DNA of 64,000 nt. Source: Trueperaceae bacterium. Its GTDB lineage: Bacteria; Deinococcota; Deinococci; Deinococcales; Trueperaceae. Location: contig JAXHNB010000006.1 in assembly GCA_034520945.1 (NCBI GenBank), positions 736,001-800,000 of the forward strand. The letters are read 5' to 3'. Both the position numbers and the translations under genes were made by a program. Under the pieces are notes generated by a model. It was given only the letters and a program-made list of their open reading frames with translations, was not told where the DNA came from and searched no databases. Each line of letters begins with the position of its first letter. Within the stretch, counting starts at the first letter, position 1. Shown here one piece after another: positions 57,708-64,000 of the stretch.

Positions 57708-57926
57708 AATCGCTGGTGGCTGGTTGGGAGGCCAGGCTAGCGAGGGTTTTCCCGGCAGCTTGTTGTTGTCGGCGTTCGGAAGAGATCGGGAGCTTGGAGG
57801 AGGCTTGAACCACACCCCAAGCAAGGCCTGATCAGAGTGAGTGCGTTTGCGCTCGAGTAGTTGGAGCTGGGAGGCTCCAACAGCGCTGTCCAATTGAGGT
57901 TGGGAGGCCTCGGATAGCGTGTTTTT
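57708..57926 (+). ncRNA. Candidate structured non-coding RNA or leader with three U-GGGA-G loops
   Basis: Six consecutive hairpins found by eye, several with G-U pairs that favour the + strand; the last is followed by GTTTTT; starts right after the promoter. Confidence 0.55.
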
Positions 57927-57960
57927 GGCACCCAGTTGGGTGCGGGAAGAGGATGGGAAA

Positions 57961-58062
57961 ATGAAGAACACTGGAAAGCGGATTTTCACCGTCGCGGCTC
58001 TGTTTGCACTCGTCAACCTTCCGTTGTTGGTGCTCGCAGGGGTGCACGTCTCGCAACGCTAA
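57961..58062 (+). CDS. 33-aa small peptide MKNTGKRIFTVAALFALVNLPLLVLAGVHVSQR (signal-peptide-like precursor)
   Basis: GAGGA RBS 7 nt upstream; basic n-region, hydrophobic h-region, V-L-A possible cleavage site; own terminator. Below the ORF-track length cutoff. Confidence 0.7.
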   Translation: MKNTGKRIFTVAALFALVNLPLLVLAGVHVSQR

Positions 58063-58081
58063 GCCATACACTTCTGTGTCT

Positions 58082-58119
58082 GCCCGCGGTCAGCGCATGC
58101 TTGACCGCGGGCGTTTTTT
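58082..58119 (+). terminator. Rho-independent terminator after the small peptide ORF
   Basis: GCCCGCGGTCA...TGACCGCGGGC 11-bp stem followed by GTTTTTT. Confidence 0.85.
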
Positions 58120-58334
58120 GGTAATGACGCCAAGAGTTGCGTCAGGGCTCACAGTTGCAGCGTAGTATGGACGTGCTATACACTCTCTGGCTGCACTCGG
58201 ACGGTTCCATGTAGGTAGGGCCAAGAAATCGAGGAAGCGATGTTCCGGGGAAGCAACTTGCGCCACAGGTTTTACTGCAAGTCAACTATAGCGATCTGGG
58301 AGTGAACTGTGCGAGGTATTGAGGTCCCAGAGAA

Positions 58335-60848
58335 ATGAAGGCGGAAGGTGCGTTCGGGTCCTCGTGGTTTGCACGACAGATGACGCAGCTTCGCGTTGGG
58401 GTGAGCCCATATTTAGTTCAGAGCCGGCCAAGATTCGGTACCAACTACCTGTTCCATGCCATGGCCTTGTCGCCAGGCGTCCTGTGGATTGAGCTTGAGG
58501 CTAACGACGGTCCAATTGCCATTGGAAATCGACTCAGCTATGCAATGCAGCGTTCTACAGGCACGAATCTATTTGGACTTGGGATGCCGTATCATTATGC
58601 CCTCGGTTACCTGGTTGGCCTACAGGATGAATTTGGACCTATTACACTTGTGGTTAGTAACGCACAGGGCCACGCCTGGTTCATTGAGCACGTTATTCGA
58701 CTCGCACGAATGTCCGATGGCGCTTTGATGATCATTGCGAACGGGCACGAGGATGAAGGCCCCTGGTCGCAGTTGCTTCAGTCGGACGATGTCCGTGTCC
58801 TTTATGAGTCCGATCTTGCTGTGCGGCCAGATGAGGTACCTAGTCTGTTGCACGGTGTAGATGTGCCAGAGCACATTGCACGCGAATTGTCGATGAAGGG
58901 CACCGAGGAAGGGCTTGCGTATGAAGAGGTGCTTGCGACGATCAACCTTGCTACGGGGCATCGTCCGCCGCCGCGACCTTCACCACATGGTGTCGTGTCA
59001 AGTCAGCGGTCGCCCTTAACGAAGAATCAGCAGTTGGAAGTTCTTATTCAGGAAGAACGTTGGATTGATGCGTTTGAACTTGCGACGGTCCGCGATGACA
59101 AGACTGCACTGCACATCCTCACAGAGTCGGCTGATGCGTACTTTGCGAGAGGCGAACCAGGGCGCCTATTACCCCATGTGCGAAAACTCGTAAGTCAGAA
59201 CCCTGAACACGCGAACGCCATGTATTGGCTATTTCAAGCGTATGTGGCACTGGGTCGCCTGAACGAAGTAGAGCGGCGTGTTGAGAGATTCCTAAAGCGC
59301 CACCAGGCACCCACGTTGGCGGCGTCATATGCGTCAGTGGCGCGCCCTCCGAACGCTGTGACCATGGCTGTCCAGGCAGTGGACCGGCTAAGAGTACCCG
59401 AAACGCTGGCGTCGTTGGGCTTCTTGTGGGCGCACAACGGAGAGGCTGCCCGTGGCATAAGTCTCCTTAGGGAAGCTTTCGAGGGCTACCGTCAATCCCA
59501 TCGGTACCACAGGGCCATACAGTTAGCCAATAGCATCGGGTCGTGCTACGTGAGTCTCGGTGACCATCGGCGAGCACTGTATTGGGGAAGATGGGGGATG
59601 GCGGAACTCTACCGTCGAGGAATACGCGAGGAATTGCTGAGGCTATCGTGTACAAATCTTGTTGCTTACGCATCTCTTTTGGTAGGCGAGCTTCAAGAAG
59701 GTCAAGAACTCTTGCGCTGGGTCAAGATCACGCCGAGTGACGATTCGCTTCCACCAACGTTGGAAGGCTTAGTTACGACAATTGGTGACTACAATGTCGT
59801 AGAAGGCAACGCAGAAACGGCACTATTCTGGTATCGCCGGATTTATGCACAGTATTTTGACCGATTACCAGGATATGCGACTCAGTTGGCGGTACGTGGT
59901 CTTTTGCATGCAGGCAGGCTTGACGAAGCTAAGGTTTGCCTGAATGTAGCGTTGGAGGCGGTCGCGCCTCCTGATTCCACGCAACAGGCCAGGCTAAACG
60001 TAGTCCGAACGGTCATCGAAGCATCGTACCCAGAGGGTGCGTTTCCGGAAGAGCGCGCACTTCTGGAACATGAAAGTGTTCAAGAGGACGCTGTCCTCAG
60101 GGCTGAGTATCTAATTGCACGATCGTCGATTCAATATCGGTCCGGTAATCTGGCCGGTGCCGAAGCAACGCTTAGCGCCCACAGAGACGTATTTGGTAGC
60201 TTAGGGCGTTCAGGTTGGGTGCTTTTGGGACCGCCTGGTGCGCCTATTGACACGCTACGCTCGCTAATCGGTATTGCGCGACCAGCTGAAAGGCACCTAC
60301 TCGTACTCAATGACAGAAGCCTCCTGAAGGAGGGTCATCCCGAGCGTCTGTCGAGGCGTTATGCCGAGCTCTTGACCCTACTTTTGCTGAATCCGGAAGG
60401 GCTTACCGGAGAGGCTTTATTGCTCGAATTGTACGGTGATGCGGGAAGCCTAAGCTCTTTGAAGGCCATAGTCTCGCGTTGCCGAAAGGTCGTTGGAATT
60501 GACTCGGCACCGTACCGTCTAGCTGAGCAACTCACTTCCGACCTAACCGACATCGAGGCGCACCTCCGCGCGGGGCGATTGCGTGAAGCGCTCGAGTTGT
60601 ACAAGGGGCCCTTGCTGCCGGAATCCGAGGCGCCGGGCATTCAGCGGGCGCGGGAGCGGATCGACGAGGCATTGCGGCAGGCCGCTCTGCACGCCAACGA
60701 GGGCGAACTCGTATTGCGTCTCGCGCGGAAGTGGCCGGACGACCTGGAACTGTGGGAGCGTGCGGCGGAGCTGTTCCCCAAGAGCGATCCGACGTACCCG
60801 TTGGTGCGTGCACGGGTACGCCGGATTCGTGGGGAGTGGGGGTTGTAG
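58335..60848 (+). CDS. Large regulator: divergent MalT-like N-region, TPR-like middle, C-terminal winged HTH + BTAD-like domain
   Basis: TPR-like helices (LASLGFLWAHNGEAARGISLLREA; ANSIGSCYVSLGDHRRALYWG); C-terminal LSRRYAELLTLLLLNPEGLTGEALLLELYG...LKAIVSRCRK and ALELYKGPLLPESEAPG. No intact Walker A seen. Confidence 0.75.
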   Translation: MKAEGAFGSSWFARQMTQLRVGVSPYLVQSRPRFGTNYLFHAMALSPGVLWIELEANDGPIAIGNRLSYAMQRSTGTNLFGLGMPYHYALGYLVGLQDEFGPITLVVSNAQGHAWFIEHVIRLARMSDGALMIIANGHEDEGPWSQLLQSDDVRVLYESDLAVRPDEVPSLLHGVDVPEHIARELSMKGTEEGLAYEEVLATINLATGHRPPPRPSPHGVVSSQRSPLTKNQQLEVLIQEERWIDAFELATVRDDKTALHILTESADAYFARGEPGRLLPHVRKLVSQNPEHANAMYWLFQAYVALGRLNEVERRVERFLKRHQAPTLAASYASVARPPNAVTMAVQAVDRLRVPETLASLGFLWAHNGEAARGISLLREAFEGYRQSHRYHRAIQLANSIGSCYVSLGDHRRALYWGRWGMAELYRRGIREELLRLSCTNLVAYASLLVGELQEGQELLRWVKITPSDDSLPPTLEGLVTTIGDYNVVEGNAETALFWYRRIYAQYFDRLPGYATQLAVRGLLHAGRLDEAKVCLNVALEAVAPPDSTQQARLNVVRTVIEASYPEGAFPEERALLEHESVQEDAVLRAEYLIARSSIQYRSGNLAGAEATLSAHRDVFGSLGRSGWVLLGPPGAPIDTLRSLIGIARPAERHLLVLNDRSLLKEGHPERLSRRYAELLTLLLLNPEGLTGEALLLELYGDAGSLSSLKAIVSRCRKVVGIDSAPYRLAEQLTSDLTDIEAHLRAGRLREALELYKGPLLPESEAPGIQRARERIDEALRQAALHANEGELVLRLARKWPDDLELWERAAELFPKSDPTYPLVRARVRRIRGEWGL

Positions 60849-60892
60849 CGAGCGAAGCGTCGGGGGGGGCGTAGGTGACCGCGGTGCGAGCG

Positions 60893-61447
60893 TCAGGCCG
60901 CTTCGGACGGGAACGGCTCGGCGCCCATCATGTGGACGACCAGTTGGGCGCGATTGTCGTGCCCGAGTTTGCACAGCGCATTCGAGACGTGGGCGTTGAC
61001 GGTCTTGAACGAGACGCCGAGGTCGCGTGCGGCGCGCTTGGTGTCGAAGCCCATCAGGAGCAGGCGGACGACGCGGAGTTCCATGAAGGTCAGGGGAGAC
61101 TTGTAGTGGTAGCTGCGTTGCGCGGCCGCGGCGGCGTAGAGGGCGGCGACGAGGCCGCGCCCATCGGTGGACGTCACCACGCCGCTCACGTGATAGCTCG
61201 CGAGGCAGTCGAGGTACGCGGGGTGGATGGCCTGAGTGACGATGAGGGTGCGGGCGCGATCGATGCTGTCGAGACGTTCGAGCTGGTACATGGACCACGT
61301 GAGAGGGAAGTCCAGCAACACGTGTGCGACGTTGGGGTCGCTCGCCATGGAGGGCTCCACGTCGGGGCGGTCCATCACCTCCTGGATCAGGCTGATGAAC
61401 GTGGGGTGGGACGAGTGGACGTGAACCGGGAGGGACTGTTCCGACAT
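60893..61447 (-). CDS. LuxR-family HTH regulator with degenerate receiver-like N-domain
   Basis: LTFMELRVVRLLLMGFDTKRAARDLGVSFKTVNAHVSNALCKLG; GGAG RBS. Confidence 0.85.
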   Translation of the reverse strand: MSEQSLPVHVHSSHPTFISLIQEVMDRPDVEPSMASDPNVAHVLLDFPLTWSMYQLERLDSIDRARTLIVTQAIHPAYLDCLASYHVSGVVTSTDGRGLVAALYAAAAAQRSYHYKSPLTFMELRVVRLLLMGFDTKRAARDLGVSFKTVNAHVSNALCKLGHDNRAQLVVHMMGAEPFPSEAA

Positions 61448-61568
61448 GGCCGATTTCCTCCATACATTGGATTTCCCCGCATGTCGCGAGTGTGAGCCAG
61501 CGACGGTTGCATGGAGGTTGCGGCGGGTCGGGGTCGATGCGATCGGTGAGCGGCTCGCGCCGAGGATC

Positions 61569-62408
61569 TCAGCGTATCCGTGGGTCCAGAAGGTCACGCA
61601 GGCCGTCGCCCAGAAGGCTCCACCCCAGCACTGTGAATACGATCGCCAAGCCTGGGACGAGCGCGGGGTACGGGTTGAGCGACATGAAGCTCTGCGCTTC
61701 GCGCAGCATGTTGCCCCAGCTCGGGACGTCGGGCGGCGTGCCGAGCCCGAGGAAACTGAGCGCCGCTTCGGCCAGCACGGCGACGGCCAGGCTGAGGCTG
61801 GCCTGGACCACGAGCGGGGATAGCGCCCCCGGGACCACGTGACGAAGCAGCAGGCGGCGGTTGCCGGCGCCGAGCGCCCGGCCTGCCTCGACGAAGTCGG
61901 CGTGCTTGAGGGTCAGGACCGAGGCGCGCGCGATCCGAGCGAAGATCGGCACGGTCGCCAATCCGATGGCGGTCATGGCGGTGAGCGTGCCGGGTTCGTA
62001 CACGGCGGCGAGAAGCAACGCCATGAGGATGGCTGGGAACGCGTACAGAACGTCGACGAGGCGCATCGTGACTTCGTCGATCCACCCGCCCAACCACCCG
62101 GCCAGCGTGCCGGCCAGTCCCCCGAGGGCCAGTCCGATGCCGACGGCAAGGAATCCGACGTACAGCGTCCCTCGCGCACCGACGAGGACGCGACTCAACA
62201 GGTCGCGGCCGAACTCGTCCGTGCCGAGGGGATGCGCCAGAGAGGGCCCCTCGAGTTGGGCCGCGAAGTCCAGTGCGTTCGGCGGGTAGGGGGTCCACAC
62301 GAAGCTCAGAAGTGCGCCAGCCACGACGGTTCCGATCAGAAGCACGCCGAGCTTCAAGCTGGTGCCGCCCGGGAGGGCGCGCCCTCGGGTGGGGGCCGCG
62401 GACATCAT
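61569..62408 (-). CDS. Peptide/nickel ABC transporter permease (DppC/OppC)
   Basis: HPLGTDEFGRDLLSR, FVEAGRALGA, EAALSFLGLG, PSWG. Confidence 0.93.
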   Translation of the reverse strand: MMSAAPTRGRALPGGTSLKLGVLLIGTVVAGALLSFVWTPYPPNALDFAAQLEGPSLAHPLGTDEFGRDLLSRVLVGARGTLYVGFLAVGIGLALGGLAGTLAGWLGGWIDEVTMRLVDVLYAFPAILMALLLAAVYEPGTLTAMTAIGLATVPIFARIARASVLTLKHADFVEAGRALGAGNRRLLLRHVVPGALSPLVVQASLSLAVAVLAEAALSFLGLGTPPDVPSWGNMLREAQSFMSLNPYPALVPGLAIVFTVLGWSLLGDGLRDLLDPRIR

Positions 62409-63352
62409 CAGTCGTACCGGATCCGTGGGTCGAGGAAGCCGTAAGACACGTCGACGAGAAACCCGAGCATCACGATCGTCGTGGCGTACACCAGGATCTC
62501 GCCTTGCAGCAAGGGGAAGTCGCGGGTGCCGATCGCCGTGAGGGCCAGACGGCCCAGGCCGGGCAGGGCGAACACCTGTTCGATGATGATGGAGCCGATG
62601 AAGACGTTGGTGAGGCTCAGGCCCAGGATCGTCACCAGCGTCACGAGGGCATTGCGTAGCGCGTGCCCGCCGATCACACGGCGGGGCCGGAGGCCCTTGG
62701 CGCGGGCGGTACGGACGTAGTCTTGGCCCAACGCTTCGAGCATGGCGGCGCGCGTCATGCGGGTCATCACCGCCGCCTGTCCCAGGCCGAGGGCGAAGAT
62801 CGGGAGGAGCAGGCTACGGATGCTGGCCAGGGGGTCGTCCGACCAGGGCGTGAAGCCCCCGGCTGGCACCCAACCCCATTGCACCGCGAACAACAGGATG
62901 AACATCAGGCCGAGCCAGAACGACGGCACAGCGGCCCCCACCTGGGCCAACGAGACGACCAGCGGGTCCAGCCACGTGCCGCGACGCAGGGCCGCCAGGA
63001 TGCCGAGGGGCAGCGAGATCGCGCAGGCGACGAACGCAGCACCCAGCGCCAGCGGGACGGACACGCCCAATCGGTCGGCGATCAAGGTGGAGACCGGACG
63101 ATCGAAGTTGATCGACCGTCCGAAGTCGCCCTGCAGGATGCCGCCGAGCCACGAGAGGTAGCGCTGCGGGGCGGGCACGTCCAGGCCCAGCTGTGAGCGA
63201 AGCGCAGCCAGCGCTTCGGGACTGGTGTTGATGCCGAGAATGATTTCGGCAGGGTCGCCGGGCACGGCCAACAGGGCCGAGAACACCAACAGCGACGCCA
63301 GCAGAATGGTGACGAGGGCTGTCGCGAAGCGGCGCAGGACGTACGGTCCCAT
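62408..63352 (-). CDS. Peptide/nickel ABC transporter permease (DppB/OppB)
   Basis: PGDPA, GDFGRS, PSFWLG, DYVRTARAKGL, HALRNA. Confidence 0.93.
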   Translation of the reverse strand: MGPYVLRRFATALVTILLASLLVFSALLAVPGDPAEIILGINTSPEALAALRSQLGLDVPAPQRYLSWLGGILQGDFGRSINFDRPVSTLIADRLGVSVPLALGAAFVACAISLPLGILAALRRGTWLDPLVVSLAQVGAAVPSFWLGLMFILLFAVQWGWVPAGGFTPWSDDPLASIRSLLLPIFALGLGQAAVMTRMTRAAMLEALGQDYVRTARAKGLRPRRVIGGHALRNALVTLVTILGLSLTNVFIGSIIIEQVFALPGLGRLALTAIGTRDFPLLQGEILVYATTIVMLGFLVDVSYGFLDPRIRYD

Positions 63353-63406
63353 ACATGCAGCGGGGACGGCACCGGGTGCGATGCCGTCCCCGTACCGGTG
63401 TCCGCC

Positions 63407-64000
63407 TCAGCGGGCCCGGTAGACCTCCGTCATGTCGACGGCGGGCGTGGGTTGGTCGGTCCAGAATCCGTACACGTCTTCCTGGGCCGCGACGAGGTAG
63501 GGCGGGCTGAAGATCCACACGTTCACGGCGTCCTCCGCGATGATGCGGGCGATCTCCTGGTAGGCGGCGATCTCGTCCTCCTGCGTGGGGGTTGTCTCGG
63601 CGCGCTCAAGGAGCTCCCCGACTTCGGGATTGTCGTACTGGTAGTAGTAGTCGGGGTCGGCGTACACATTGATGTCACGGGGTTCCGAGTGCCCGATGAT
63701 CGTCATGTCGTAGTCGGCACCGAGGAAGATGCGCTGGATCCACGTTCCCCACTCGACGACACTGAGGTCCACGTCGATGCCGACCTCCGCCAGCTGCTGC
63801 GCGATCACCTGACCGCTGCGACGCTCGATGTTGTACGGCTCGGGAAGCTCGAACGACACGGTGAAGCCGTCGGGGTATCCGGCTTCGGCCAGCAGTTCGC
63901 GGGCCCGTTCGGGGTCGTAGGGGTAGGTGTCGCTCAGGTCGATGTAGTACGGCTCGGCGGGGCTCATGTGCGTGCCGATGACCGTGCCGAGGCCGAACAT
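63407..64000 (-). CDS. ABC transporter family-5 substrate-binding protein, 3' part (continues off the right edge)
   Basis: YPYDPERARELLAEAGYPDGF, IAQQLAEVGIDV. Confidence 0.9.
   Translation of the reverse strand: MFGLGTVIGTHMSPAEPYYIDLSDTYPYDPERARELLAEAGYPDGFTVSFELPEPYNIERRSGQVIAQQLAEVGIDVDLSVVEWGTWIQRIFLGADYDMTIIGHSEPRDINVYADPDYYYQYDNPEVGELLERAETTPTQEDEIAAYQEIARIIAEDAVNVWIFSPPYLVAAQEDVYGFWTDQPTPAVDMTEVYRAR

Larger units (their letters stand above)
56200..60550. other. Low-GC accessory cassette (boundaries approximate)
   Basis: Clear drop in GC and codon bias: line 59761-59820 is 28/60 GC, line 60601-60660 is 44/60. No integrase or transposase seen. Confidence 0.8.

Noticed and set aside
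57860..57926. ANTAR dual-hairpin antitermination motif
   Set aside because: Hexaloops have G4 but lack the conserved A1, and no ANTAR protein is visible; kept only as a loose analogy.
57700..57930. CRISPR mini-array, retron or tracr/omega RNA explanation for the repeated TGGGAGG hairpins
   Set aside because: Repeats are only 7-12 nt with irregular spacing and different stems; no cas, reverse transcriptase, TnpB or IscB gene in the window.
57519..58124. ORF-track entries 57519-58016 (-), 57832-58071 (-), 57625-57831 (+) and 57936-58124 (+)
   Set aside because: No convincing RBS or protein features; they cross the promoter, hairpins or terminator, while the 33-aa ORF has an RBS, signal-peptide pattern and terminator.
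56200..60550. Prophage or anti-phage defence island
   Set aside because: No phage structural, integrase, nuclease, TIR, SIR2 or intact NTPase motifs recognised; contents look regulatory.

Overview
GC-rich chromosomal window, most likely from a Deinococcota bacterium (inferred from a five-domain ribosomal protein S1 and many apparently leaderless genes with a TANNNT -10 box 5-8 nt before the start codon). Most of it is housekeeping: glmM, fabI, trpEGD, pdxS/pdxT, PBP1A, lipA/lipB, trmH, tRNA-Leu(GAG), ppc, argB, tpiA, lon, argS, alr, recJ, mnmA, lemA/htpX, rpsA and a Dpp/Opp-type ABC transporter. Two regions stand out. (1) A low-GC cassette at about 56.2-60.55 kb. It holds a stand-alone 403-aa TPR-like protein and a promoter followed by a ~220-nt highly structured RNA with three U-GGGA-G loops. 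Next come an unannotated 33-codon ORF (signal-peptide-like leader plus C-terminal GVHVSQR) with its own terminator and an 837-aa TPR-wHTH-BTAD-like regulator whose GC content jumps to host level near its C-terminus. A LuxR-type regulator and a peptide ABC importer lie alongside. Together these look like an uncharacterised RRNPP/arbitrium-like peptide-signalling module. (2) An exbB-exbD operon whose TonB/TolA-like third gene ends in a DUF3048 (YerB-like) domain instead of a TonB C-terminal domain. A FAD/Fe-S oxidoreductase carries a single-base frameshift. All family calls come from motif recognition by eye; no database search was run.
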